NCBI GenBank assembly: GCA_964019335.1 | Contig: OZ025661.1 | Location: 620,001-684,000 of the forward strand | Origin: Diplonema japonicum | Lineage: Eukaryota > Protista > Euglenozoa: Diplonemea | Direction of reading: 5' to 3' | DNA: 64,000 nt | In this document: piece after piece, positions 42,769 through 53,403 of the stretch | Numbering within the stretch: the first letter of the stretch is position 1 | Layout: every line of letters begins with the position of its first letter | Program-made: the position numbers and the translations under genes | Notes under the pieces: generated by a model | The model's input: only the letters and a program-made list of their open reading frames with translations | What the model was told of the DNA's origin: nothing | The model's database searches: none

Positions 42769-43149
42769 AGAAAAAAGAAAAAGAAAAAAAGGGGGGGGGG
42801 GGAAGCAAGGAAATTCGGGCTTCAAGCCATGTTTCCTTTGTCCCCCCCCCCCCCCCCCCCCCCCCTGCCTCCCTCTTTTTTTTAAATTATGGCGGGAATT
42901 TTTTATGTTCTGTAATGCCAAAAAAAAAGGAAGAAAGAAGAAGAGGAAATAAGAAGGGACATCTCTCTCTTTTTTTTTCCCTTTTTTGTCCACAACAACA
43001 ACAACACGCAACACCCTTCTTCTTCTTTTTTTTCCTTTTTTTTTTTCTCTCTCTCTCTTTTTTCCCTATTCTTCCCCACTCATCCAATTTTTTTCTACTT
43101 CACAAACAAAACAAAACAAAAAAAAAAAAAAATAGGACCACACACGCAC

Positions 43150-43192
<43 letters not shown>

Positions 43193-43194
43193 AA

Positions 43195-45030
43195 ATGCAA
43201 GAAAGCCTGGAAGAGGCCCGTTCAGCGCACCAAACGCTTGTCAAGGAACTGCTGAGCAAGCAAAAATGCGGGAGGCACGTCGTGGCCGCGGCGGGGGGCA
43301 GGAACAGGTTCAGGACAGGCGGGGATAGGTACGAGCAAGCGTTGGAAGACTTGAAACAGGCCATGCTGGACACACCGGGTGCGGTGACAGAGGTAGCAAC
43401 ACATCAACAACAACAACAAGCACACCCCAAACGGCATAAGGCCGCACTACACGCAGCAGGGCGCTACGAGCGGGCCGTGCAGAGACTCAAAGCAATCTCC
43501 ATCGAGACGCCTGGTGCAGTCCTCGTCGATGACGCCACTGGTGCCGCCACCATAAGACCTATCAACACCAATATCGCCAGCAACACCCCATCGTCCGCAT
43601 CTTCCTCAACCGTCCCTTCCCCCATTTCCCTCCTCCCGCTTAGAACGCTGTCTACCCCTATGAAAAAATCCCCGAAATCCGGGGTTTCCTGGACGGAAAG
43701 AGACAGTTTCTACGAGGCGAAGACACGGGAGAGAGAGGAGCGTTCCAAGGCGCGACGGTTGCAACGGGAGACCCGGCACGAAAGGGTTAGAACAGCGGTG
43801 TTGACATCGCCGCCGTACCCGATTGCAGCTGCAGCAACACCGGAGGACACACCGTTGGTTGAGTTTGATAGTCCGCGTAACTTATTCTTCAAGAGTATCG
43901 AAGATGTTGTTAGGGAGGAGGAGCGTGACAGGGAAGCCGTAGCAACCGAGGAACTCGTCCGGATGCTCAAAATCGAGCAAAGCGACCCTCAGGAGATCGT
44001 TAGCCTCGCACAGGAACTCTCGCGAAAACGCTCCTGGCAGCTTTTAATGGAAGCAGAAAGAGAGAAGGAAGCGAAACGAGAAGACGAGCATCGTGCTGAA
44101 CAGCTACGCTGGGAGACCGTTCGCGAGGCCGTCTGGGAAGAATCGACAGTACGCGGGTTCTTCCTCTCGGACGAGATGGAGCTTCGGCAAGAAATTCTCG
44201 AAGCACGCAACCTCCACAGCTTTGAGGACGATCCGTACATCCTCCTCAACAAGGAGGCGAATTGCTCACGAGAAGAAATACAAATCGAATTTCTCACCAG
44301 CCTGACCAATCTACGCCTCTCCTCGATAACACAGGTGGAACACAATGCGAGACACACCATCGAATCTGATTTTACAAAAGGTGTCGAAGGGTTCAAAACT
44401 GTCTATCTGAACAGTTTGAAATTCGCGATGAACGCTATAGAAGAAGCATCCAGCAGAGCTAGGAATGTCAGACAAGAATCTATCGCCCACGCCATGCTTC
44501 TTTCCGAAGCAGGAAGCAGTTTATTGAAGCTTGTGAATCGCATGCAATGGTTGACTAACTGTGCCGAAGTAGATTCCCGGTTTCAGGTTGAGACAGAAGA
44601 GGAGGTTCAGTGGAAAGAGGTTACATATAACCACCCAGTTTCATTCTCTGTGGTCAGATGGACCTTGAAGGTGATGTCGGAGCAATCTGAGAAAAACTGT
44701 CTGAGCCTGTCAACAGAAGCTTTCGATGATGGTGAGCTCATCGCCGGGCTCGAGGGCGAACATCGAGAGACTATCTACGAGCTCTTCTCGCATTCCGTTG
44801 CTATGATGCACAGGGAGGCGCAGAACAGGAAGCGGTCGGCGATCGCGGAGGCGATCTCCCTGGCGAAAGAGACCCAGGAACAGTTGAAGGCCGCAGGGGT
44901 TTCCACACCGCGAACCAAACAGCCTCTGAAACACGCGTCGAAAACGGGCGTGAAAAAATCTGCAGGCCTACCAACGGCCGGGAAACGAGGAACAACTGCT
45001 GCAAAGAAAAAAAGCAGCAGGAAAGGATGA
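43195..45030 (+). CDS. Hypothetical Glu/Arg-rich coiled-coil protein
   Basis: 611-aa ORF. N-terminal duplicated motif RYEQALEDLK...TPGAV / RYERAVQRLK...TPGAV. Confidence 0.82.
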   Translation: MQESLEEARSAHQTLVKELLSKQKCGRHVVAAAGGRNRFRTGGDRYEQALEDLKQAMLDTPGAVTEVATHQQQQQAHPKRHKAALHAAGRYERAVQRLKAISIETPGAVLVDDATGAATIRPINTNIASNTPSSASSSTVPSPISLLPLRTLSTPMKKSPKSGVSWTERDSFYEAKTREREERSKARRLQRETRHERVRTAVLTSPPYPIAAAATPEDTPLVEFDSPRNLFFKSIEDVVREEERDREAVATEELVRMLKIEQSDPQEIVSLAQELSRKRSWQLLMEAEREKEAKREDEHRAEQLRWETVREAVWEESTVRGFFLSDEMELRQEILEARNLHSFEDDPYILLNKEANCSREEIQIEFLTSLTNLRLSSITQVEHNARHTIESDFTKGVEGFKTVYLNSLKFAMNAIEEASSRARNVRQESIAHAMLLSEAGSSLLKLVNRMQWLTNCAEVDSRFQVETEEEVQWKEVTYNHPVSFSVVRWTLKVMSEQSEKNCLSLSTEAFDDGELIAGLEGEHRETIYELFSHSVAMMHREAQNRKRSAIAEAISLAKETQEQLKAAGVSTPRTKQPLKHASKTGVKKSAGLPTAGKRGTTAAKKKSSRKG

Positions 45031-45138
45031 CAAAATTTTTTTTGGTCCCCCCTCATTTTTTATGGTACTTTTTTTATTCGTATTTTTTTGCTTTTTTCCA
45101 CGGGGGGGGGGGGGGGAAAGGGAAAAGGGGGTGAAAAA

Positions 45139-45849
45139 ATGGAAACCGATACCGAAATAGGAAGCCTCCTGCGGAAAGTGGTGGAACAGACGCATGGCAG
45201 CGGTACTGTGGGAACAAGAATGGTGTTGAGGGAAGTGATGGCAGCTTGCGACGAGGAGCTGCGGAGACTGGACGCGGCGCAGGCTCAAGGCGTGGAGGAC
45301 GAGAGAATCTCACCCATAAGAGACCTGAGGAAAAGATTCGAGCTGCAGCATTCGCAAAGAAGCCCTGTAAGACCCTCTTCCCCACCACCCCCACAGGTGG
45401 GGTACCACTCTTACGAAGAAGAAGAAGGAGCCGGTTCGGGTTCGAACCCTACAGCACCTGTCCTAATTGTCACATCTAGTGAAAAACATTCAATTGAGGG
45501 CGAGTACACTTTACTTCCTGAGCTCTTCAATAATTCACCCATGTGGGCCAACAAGACATGTAGGCTGTACTCCACACGGTCTGGGTATTGGATGCTGACA
45601 GCAGCGGAGCGCGGACCTGATAGGGATGTGGGGCTCATTGAATCTGTCAAGCCGCACAAAAACACACCCCCTCACCTCATTTCCCAATGGCAGGCCTACG
45701 AGAGAGGGTCATGGGTCGTCTCAAGCACATCCGTTTCGCTTCCGCCATCCAGTCACCACCACCACCACCACCACCATCCGGACGAAGGCCGTGGGCATTA
45801 CCCCACACCTCTTGGGGGGACACCTTCTCGTGTGCACCATATTTATTGA
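45139..45849 (+). CDS. Hypothetical protein with GxY...NxxPxW...LY...GYW domain and His run
   Basis: ATG 45139, 236 aa. Confidence 0.8.
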   Translation: METDTEIGSLLRKVVEQTHGSGTVGTRMVLREVMAACDEELRRLDAAQAQGVEDERISPIRDLRKRFELQHSQRSPVRPSSPPPPQVGYHSYEEEEGAGSGSNPTAPVLIVTSSEKHSIEGEYTLLPELFNNSPMWANKTCRLYSTRSGYWMLTAAERGPDRDVGLIESVKPHKNTPPHLISQWQAYERGSWVVSSTSVSLPPSSHHHHHHHHPDEGRGHYPTPLGGTPSRVHHIY

Positions 45850-46357
45850 AAAGAACCTAGATTTTCAACTTTTTTTTGTTATCCCCTCTCCCCCCCATCT
45901 TGTTTTTTCACCCCCCTTTTTTTTTCTGTTGTACATTGTTGTTATATTTCTTATCGGGTGGGGATATGGTATAAAAAAAAACTTGTCGGGGGGGGGGGGG
46001 GGGGGTTTTGTCAGGCGTCCTGCCACAACCCTTAAATGTCTCTCTTTTTTTTTCTCTTTTCTTATTTTTTTCGCTCGAGTAAAAAAGGGGATGCTCACTG
46101 CTCACTGTGTCAAGTGATCAAACATACGTGATGAACATGTCACTGGTAGGAGCACGCTTCTTGCGGGTGGGTTTTAACTCTGTAGTAACTGCAAAAAGCG
46201 TTCCCACCTCTTTTTCGTATCTATTGCCGCTTCTTGGACAAGAGGCAAGTCGCTCTTTTTTTTTTTTTTTTTTTTTAAACCTCAGAACGCCTTTGACTGC
46301 ATTTTTTTTTTTTTTTTTTTTTTTTTTTGTAAAAAAAAAAAAAAAAGAAAGGAAGAG

Positions 46358-46395
<38 letters not shown>

Positions 46396-46398
<3 letters not shown>

Positions 46399-47592
46399 CC
46401 GTGCAAAGCCCTCGAGAATGGTTTCATAGTACGAGAGTTCGACCCTGAGAAGGACGACGAGGCCTGCAAGAGGTTGGAGGCTCACGCACAGATGAAAGCG
46501 GGGTACCTGCAGAAACTTTTATTCAAGGCACAACTGGTCATCAACGACCGCTACGCAACGAAGGTCAACCAGTACGACAACCACGCAATCTTCGTGGTGG
46601 ACAACGAGGAAGGAGAGGTTGTTGCGGCCGTGTGCCTTGGACTGAAAAACGTCACCCTCTACGGAAAACCTGCAACAGTAGGCTACCTCTTCGACCTCCG
46701 CGTCCACGAAAAAGCACAACGAAAAGGCCTCGGCGAGACCCTATCAAACAAAGCCGAACAATGGGCCTTCGACCAAGGCGCCACCATGATCTACCTAACA
46801 GTGAACAGCAACAACACAAGCGCGCTGTCTCTTTATGCAAAGCTTGGGTATTCCGTTGTTTCTTTGAGGGAACCCAGCAATTCACTTCTCGTTTTTTCAG
46901 CGCAGAATGCAAAGGGCGAGGTAGAGACTTACAAAGGCCGTGATGCGGTGGACATTCTCACACCGTACTTTGAATCTAGAGATATGTTTACTGGATTTGA
47001 GGGGCTTTTTAACTCGCCTTTTTACTACAAAACCCTTGTTGCACGCGACGAAAGTACAGACAGCTTCGCGTCTGTGTCGCTTTGGAACGGTTCCGCGTTG
47101 ACCGGGGTTTTGCTGTACAGAGTGGTGTTACCCTCGTGGGTGATCGGGTCGAGGGTGTTTCAGTACAGTACGTTTATCTTGGGTCTTTGGCTGTCGATTT
47201 GCTTCGGAAGCACGGCCTATGAAGAGTTCTCTTTACTGAACGGGGTGTTGTGTGTTGTGTTTCTTGCCGTGGTTCTTGTCGGTGCGTTTTTAAAGCACTC
47301 CTTGGACCCTGTCTTGTGTGCTCCAAAACAGCAGATACGATGCAGATGCTTCGCGCCGGTGTGCTCGGGTCCCAATGGCCACATTCTTCTCAAGCATGTT
47401 CTAGACCATGCGAAGGCCTTCGCCAAGCAACAAGGGTTTGCCGTGTTGATTTGCAACCTAGACCGAGACGACCCTGTGAGGGTTAGTTTCTCGCGGGGTG
47501 CTTACCGGACGCAGTTCCACGCCAAGATGCGGGATGGATCTGTCGCGCCCAGGTTTCAACCCGATAATTTTTTCGATCCGAGGGATATTTGA
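46396..47592 (+). CDS. GNAT N-acetyltransferase, HLS1-like
   Basis: GNAT motif GYLFDLRVHEKAQRKGLG and NTSALSLYAKLGY. VREFDP near the start and FFDPRDI at the end resemble the HOOKLESS1 family. Confidence 0.85.
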
Positions 47593-47880
47593 AAGAAATA
47601 GTACAGGGAGAAAAAAAAAAAGAAGAAAAAAAGAAGAAGAAAAAAATAAAATAAATATCTTCTACTCTACTTACCCACCCCCTCCGCCCTCTCTTTCTCT
47701 GACTATTGTCGAGACTTCAAAGAAGAAAAGAAGAAGGGAAAAAAAAAAGGGAAAAAAAAAGGGGGGCGGTGGAGCAACGTGGGAGAGGAACCCTCTTACC
47801 ACCCCCCCCTTTTTTTTCTTTTTTTTTCCCACCATCTCTCCCTCTCTCTCTCTCTTCATTTATCTTTCGAAAAAAAAAAA

Positions 47881-47975
47881 ATGATTTTTATAACTATATG
47901 CAAAACTTGTGCCGAGCAAAAAAAAAAAAAAAAAAAACATTCGCAGCTTTTTTTAAAAAACCCTTTTTTTTTCTT

Positions 47976-48009
<34 letters not shown>

Positions 48010-48054
48010 CGTGCAAACAACAAAAAAACATATAGTCACAACGAAATATTTTTT
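47881..48054. mobile_element. MITE family A copy with expanded homopolymers
   Basis: atgatttttataactatatg...acttgtgccgagc...gctcgtg...catatagtcacaacgaaatatt. Homologous to 53201-53316 and to a short copy at ~41929-41976. Confidence 0.7.
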
Positions 48055-48125
48055 CTCCCCCTTGCATCGTTCTCATTTCTTTCTTCCCTTTTTCTTTTTT
48101 TTTGGGGGGGGGACTGCCTACTTCC

Positions 48126-48168
<43 letters not shown>

Positions 48169-48313
48169 ACCAAAACACAGAGAAAAAAAAAACCCCCCAT
48201 GTTTTTTTCCCCCTTAGCTTCTGTTTCATTGTTCACGTTTTCAGCGACATAAAAAAAAAAAAATTACTTCTATCTACCCCCGAGGTGGCAAAAAAAAAAA
48301 AAAAGAAAAAAAA

Positions 48314-49660
48314 ATGACACGAGCAAGCTACCTGGACGAAAGCAGCGAAGAAGCCTGCCCCGTCCCCTCGAATGCGAAGAAGCAAAAAACGGAACAACAC
48401 CGATACCAACAGCCACAACAACAGCCACAACAACCGCAACCTTCATGGATAATGAGCAGCAGCGAAAGCGACAGTGACAGCGAAGAACCTGAGAACAGCG
48501 TGACACCGGCACCACCCCTCACAGATGACGACAGGGCCTCCGTGAGCCCTGTGCCTACTTTGACAGTTAACGAGACCGCACAGGAACAACAACAACAACA
48601 ACAACAACAAGACCCAAAAAAAAACGCCTTCACAACACTGAAATGCGGATCCCTATCAGCATACAAACGCGACAGAAAAATCAGCGAGGGGGGGTACGGC
48701 GTAGTCTCCAAAGCGAGACACACCGCAACAGGACGTGTAGTTGCGTTGAAACAGATAAAATTCGGCGACGGACAAGGTCGTTCCTCCGAGGGCATGCACA
48801 TCTCGGGCCTGCGGGAGATCACCACCTTACAGTCCATCAACCACGCGAACATTATAAAAGTCCACGAAACAGTTTTCGGAGCAACCTCCAGCGACATTTA
48901 CCTTGTAATGGAATATGTCGAACATGATGTTAGAAAGCTCATCACACCGAAATCTCATAACGGGAAGGGATACTCATTCAGCATCCCACAGGTGAAATGT
49001 CTTGTCAAACAGCTTCTCTCTGCAGTGGGACACCTCCACGATCTGTGGATTTTACACCGCGATCTCAAAACAAACAATATGTTGTACGGCAGTAATGGTG
49101 TCTTGAAGCTTTGCGACTTCGGGATGGCCCGGCTTGGAGGGGACCCTCTGAGAACTTATACCCCGTTACAGTTTGTTTTAACACTAGGATTCAGACCCCC
49201 TGAAGGTCTACTTGGTGCTAAGTACTATACTGAAGCGGTTGATATTTGGGGGGTTGGATGTGCATTTGCGGAGATTTTAACGTGTAAACCGTTGTTCGAA
49301 CCGACGTCGAAGGCGAACTTCGAGGTGAATGTGTTGAACCAGATATTCTCGTTGTTGGGAACGCCAACCCCGCAGCAATACCCGGATCTCAAAACGCTTC
49401 TGGGGGGCGAGGATCCGTTCGTTACGCGGCAGGGCGCGGACCGGTTCAACCTAAACACCGACAACTACCAACCGCCCACCGCGAACAAATCAAAACTCGG
49501 GGAAAAATTCACCATGTTAACCCCGTTGGGCCTGGACCTGCTTGGAAAACTGCTTGCTGTAAACCCGGAAAAAAGGATAAATGCTACAGACGCGTTCCAA
49601 CACGGCTACTTTGAAGAAGAACCATTGCCGTGCGACCCCATGGAAATGCCAAAATTCTAA
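48314..49660 (+). CDS. Cyclin-dependent kinase, CDK10/CDK11-like
   Basis: ISEGGYGVV, VALK, HISGLREI (PITSLRE-like), EYVEHD, HRDLKTNN, CDFGMAR, and C-terminal YFEEEPLPCDPMEMPKF. Confidence 0.9.
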   Translation: MTRASYLDESSEEACPVPSNAKKQKTEQHRYQQPQQQPQQPQPSWIMSSSESDSDSEEPENSVTPAPPLTDDDRASVSPVPTLTVNETAQEQQQQQQQQDPKKNAFTTLKCGSLSAYKRDRKISEGGYGVVSKARHTATGRVVALKQIKFGDGQGRSSEGMHISGLREITTLQSINHANIIKVHETVFGATSSDIYLVMEYVEHDVRKLITPKSHNGKGYSFSIPQVKCLVKQLLSAVGHLHDLWILHRDLKTNNMLYGSNGVLKLCDFGMARLGGDPLRTYTPLQFVLTLGFRPPEGLLGAKYYTEAVDIWGVGCAFAEILTCKPLFEPTSKANFEVNVLNQIFSLLGTPTPQQYPDLKTLLGGEDPFVTRQGADRFNLNTDNYQPPTANKSKLGEKFTMLTPLGLDLLGKLLAVNPEKRINATDAFQHGYFEEEPLPCDPMEMPKF

Positions 49661-49754
49661 AGTTAAAAAAATCAAAAAAAAATTTTTTTTTTTTGTTTAT
49701 TTTCAAAACCCATTTCCTCCTCCCCACCCCCTTGTCAGTATATTACACAACAAA

Positions 49755-51860
49755 ATGACCATTGACAAGGTGGATCTTCTGAAGGAAACATGGCGACGTG
49801 GGCATCTCAAGCGACACAGAGACCAGTCGACAATAGGAACGGATCCGCTTCTTGGAATGTTTCCATATTACGAGAAGTTGGCCCGGCGGAGCGCTCTGCC
49901 CATCGTGTTCCCCGAGACGGTGGTTTACGAACACCACTTTCCACGAGGGTGGTACTGGCTGGAAAAAGGAAAACGAAGAGACACAGAAAGCGAAGAAGAA
50001 CTCCTCACCGTTAGCGGCGACATCCTTCAGTCCGTCAAAAGCAAAGGGTGCGAAACAGCCGCCATAACAGAATCTCTGATAAGAGGCACCAAGGAGGGAC
50101 AAATCGCCGCGCAAGTAGTTAGACGGGACGTGAAAACCGACGAAATATCTGTTGTGTACCTGGACCCTGCTGGCTTGCGTACTTTCTTGATGAACTTACC
50201 GGACAGCTGTTTGCTGTCAAAGTTCATCCAACCTTTGAACGGGCGGAACGAAACAATCACCGTCACCTGGGCGCAGGATAAAATCCTCATCGCACGCAGC
50301 CGTAACACCCTCGCGGTTTCAGATCTGTCAAAGAACATACAAACCCGTGCAGACACCTCCTCAGCGGATTCTACCACACCGGTGTTGTCCTCCTCTTTGC
50401 TCTCTTCACTGATCACGTCAACGGTGACATCTCTTATAGCTGGTGTTGAAGCCACAGAGAAACGACGGGTAATCGACTTCGAGGCGGTCTTCAAGCTCGA
50501 CACCCATTCAAAGTTGTGGCTGCTGCATGTCACCAAACTGTGTTTGATCCCCAACCAGGTGAAAATAAGCTGTGTTTCCAAATTCGTTCCGGGTGATCCT
50601 GACGCACAACGTCACATGGGGCTGACCCCGCTTCAAAACACCTTCATCGACGTTCGTAAGAAAAAAGTCGAAACAGCGTTGAGAAGAACCAGGATCGGAT
50701 CCGGGGGAACACGGGCAAGGTTCAACCCGTTCACGATCACGGGCATCAAAGCCCCGAGGGCGTCGTGCCAGGAAAAAGATCACGGGTGTTGGCCGTCGTT
50801 CTGGTCACCCCCGACGGTTCAAAACGTGGACCTCGAAAAATATCTTTCAAAACAACGGAAGCGAGTGTCAACAAGAAGGTCGTCAGGAGCTTCTAACTTG
50901 GACACGCTTGAGGTCTTCTTCGACATTACGAACGTAGACACTAACAACAACAACAACGACAGCGACAGCAAGGGAAGCGGGTCGAGCCCCGTTGCAACTC
51001 CGCCGCCGTCTAGCGAATCCGAACGAGAATCCAGTTCGTTTCAACCATCTCGAGCCGGGTCTGCCAACAGCGTGGTCTACCCCAAACCTGCTGTAAAATA
51101 CCGCAGAAAAAGAGGCGCCTCTGCGGTGTACATCAACCAGAAGAATGCGTACGACACAAATTTTACGGAAAAGGACCGCCCCTCGCTTGTGCTGCAAACG
51201 CTTCAAGCAGAGCAAGCTTCAACATTCGACACAAAAGAACGCCGTCCAGCGGTTGCCGTTCGCAGCGGGTCGCACGCCGACACCCCTCTAACAGAAGAAG
51301 AAGAGAAGGTCATGCTGATCGAAGCCTTGTCCGCCGAGAAACGAAAAGTCCACGAGATTTTCTCCGCGCAGTCCGAAGCGATCAAGGCGTCCATCCACGA
51401 CATCGAGTACACAGCCTACAGCCGAATGCTGAATGAGAAGGGTGGTGTCACATACCTATTCGACCTTCCCCCAGGGTGCCCTTCGTTGGGACCTCTTCAG
51501 GACTTGAATATCGTGCGGACCTCTCCTCTCGAACACGCTCAAGAGTACGCTATTGTGATCGAGAACCAGCCCCCGTTGATGACCGTGCGCCAGACAATGA
51601 AGGCGCTCAAGGAGCGGGTGTGGAGCTCGCTGCACAAGAGCGAGCTTGCGATCCTCCTCAAAGGAGTGGACAACGAAACACTACAGACCCTCCGACACCA
51701 TCGGATACCTGTTAAAAAACAGAGATCACCAACAATGTCCGCCATCAAGACACCAGGCCTCTTCACAATCCGGCACAGGGAAGCCATGCAAGACACTGCT
51801 GGACAGTGGGTCCAAGACACACCTGCCGACACGGCCAACGACGACAGTGGCGAGGATTAG
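49755..51860 (+). CDS. Hypothetical protein (~700 aa)
   Basis: Long ORF from ATG 49755. The N-terminal globular region (LLSKFIQP...ITVTW...FKLD...LWLL) may be ATP-grasp-like. Confidence 0.8.
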   Translation: MTIDKVDLLKETWRRGHLKRHRDQSTIGTDPLLGMFPYYEKLARRSALPIVFPETVVYEHHFPRGWYWLEKGKRRDTESEEELLTVSGDILQSVKSKGCETAAITESLIRGTKEGQIAAQVVRRDVKTDEISVVYLDPAGLRTFLMNLPDSCLLSKFIQPLNGRNETITVTWAQDKILIARSRNTLAVSDLSKNIQTRADTSSADSTTPVLSSSLLSSLITSTVTSLIAGVEATEKRRVIDFEAVFKLDTHSKLWLLHVTKLCLIPNQVKISCVSKFVPGDPDAQRHMGLTPLQNTFIDVRKKKVETALRRTRIGSGGTRARFNPFTITGIKAPRASCQEKDHGCWPSFWSPPTVQNVDLEKYLSKQRKRVSTRRSSGASNLDTLEVFFDITNVDTNNNNNDSDSKGSGSSPVATPPPSSESERESSSFQPSRAGSANSVVYPKPAVKYRRKRGASAVYINQKNAYDTNFTEKDRPSLVLQTLQAEQASTFDTKERRPAVAVRSGSHADTPLTEEEEKVMLIEALSAEKRKVHEIFSAQSEAIKASIHDIEYTAYSRMLNEKGGVTYLFDLPPGCPSLGPLQDLNIVRTSPLEHAQEYAIVIENQPPLMTVRQTMKALKERVWSSLHKSELAILLKGVDNETLQTLRHHRIPVKKQRSPTMSAIKTPGLFTIRHREAMQDTAGQWVQDTPADTANDDSGED

Positions 51861-51966
51861 ATATTCCTCCCCCCCCACCCCTTTAAAAAAAATCGCATCT
51901 TTTTTTTTTTTAACCCCCTTCCTGATTTGACATCTTTTTTTGACAGCACGAAAAAAAAAAAAAAAA

Positions 51967-52989
51967 ATGGAAAACCAAGCGAATGAGTATTTTGAGACGC
52001 ACCGTGTGCACAACCTGGTGGATGAGATGTTGCACGCTGCGGTGGATGCGAAGCCGGAGGATCTGAAAAACTTTTGGAGGGATTGGTTGGGCGACAGGCT
52101 GCGAGAGGAGCTAAGCTTCAAAGCCGTCATCTTCGACTTGGACGGCTGCATCACGAAAACAGCCAGCGTCCACTCCAGGGCGTGGAAGGCCATGTTCGAC
52201 GCATACCTGAAGGACAGGGACGGCGAAGGGTTCAAAGAGTTCACAACCAAGGACTACCTAGACCATGTGGACGGCCGCCCGAGGTACGAAGGCGTTGAGA
52301 CATTTCTGTCCAGCAGAGGTATCGACATCGACCGCGGCGACCCAAGCGACAAACCAAACCAAGAAAACATCACATGCTGCTCCCTCGGAAACCGGAAAAA
52401 CGATTTTTTCTTATCTGTCTTGGAAACCGAGGGTGTAGAGGTGTACCCCTCTTCAGTGCGTATCATGCAGACGTGTAGAAGCCTGGGTATTCGATTGGGT
52501 CTCGCTTCTTCCAGCAAAAACGCGCTTTCTGTTTTGGAAAAAGCCGGGCTCACCCACCTCATTGAGTCGCGGATAGACGGAGTGGTGTCTGCGGAGCGAG
52601 GCCTCAAAGGGAAACCAGCGGGTGACATTTTCGTCACTGCTTGTACCGAGCTTGGAGTGTCTCCCTCCGAGGCAATTGTGATCGAAGATGCGGTGAGTGG
52701 CGTAGCAGCCGGGCGACACGGAAATGTATGGATTTTTTTTCCCTCTTTTTTTTTATTTTCTTTTTTCTTTTTTTAATATTCCCCACACGTTCAGTTCCGT
52801 CTTGTGATTGGTCTCGCAAGAGAAAACAACAGGGAAGAGCTCGAGAAGCATGGCGCACACGTGGTGCTGGAAGACTTCGGTGCTGTTACCCTGAAGAAGG
52901 TGTGTGTGTTTTGGGTTCTGGGAAAGAGTGGGGGAATTTTTTTTTTTGTACAGATAAATGATTGGTTCCTTGCACAGCCTGTTCCGTGA
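51967..52989 (+). CDS. HAD-superfamily beta-phosphoglucomutase-like hydrolase with N-terminal RIIa/DPY30-like D/D domain, 3 exons, ~299 aa
   Basis: FDLDGCIT, GRPRYEGV, ASSSKNA, GKPAGDIF and IEDAVSGVAAG. Exons 51967-52725, 52795-52899 and 52954-52989 restore GN|FRLVIGLAR. Confidence 0.88.
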
Positions 52990-53109
52990 TAACTATTTTG
53001 TTTTTTTTGGGGGGGGGAGGGGATTTTGTTTTGTTTTTCCCCTTACATTTTTTTTTTGTTCCCCAAGGTGTAAGGACTTTTTAAATTTTATGGGGAGAGG
53101 GAAAAAAGA

Positions 53110-53156
53110 AAACTAGTTTTTTTGTTTGCCGGAAGCTTCATTTTTTTTCACGAGCG

Positions 53157-53188
<32 letters not shown>

Positions 53189-53386
53189 GTCTTTCAAAAA
53201 ATGATTTTATAACCATATGCAACTTGTGCCGAGCAAAAAAAACCTTCGCAGCTCTTTTAAAACCTTTTTTGCTCGTGTGAACAACAAAGACATATAGTCA
53301 TAAAGAATTATTTTTTCAAAAAAAAAAAAAAAAGAAATACTCATAACAAAACGCCCGCCATCAAACTCTAGTTTTCAGTCTCGACA
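53110..53386 (-). mobile_element. Family B repeat interrupted by a nested family A MITE (53201-53316)
   Basis: The reverse complement of the flanks matches 4868-5094 (gagactgaaaactag, cgctcgtg, aatgaagc, aactag). The inner element is flanked by tttcaaaaa on both sides. Confidence 0.6.
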
Positions 53387-53403
53387 AATAAAATAAAAAT
53401 TAA

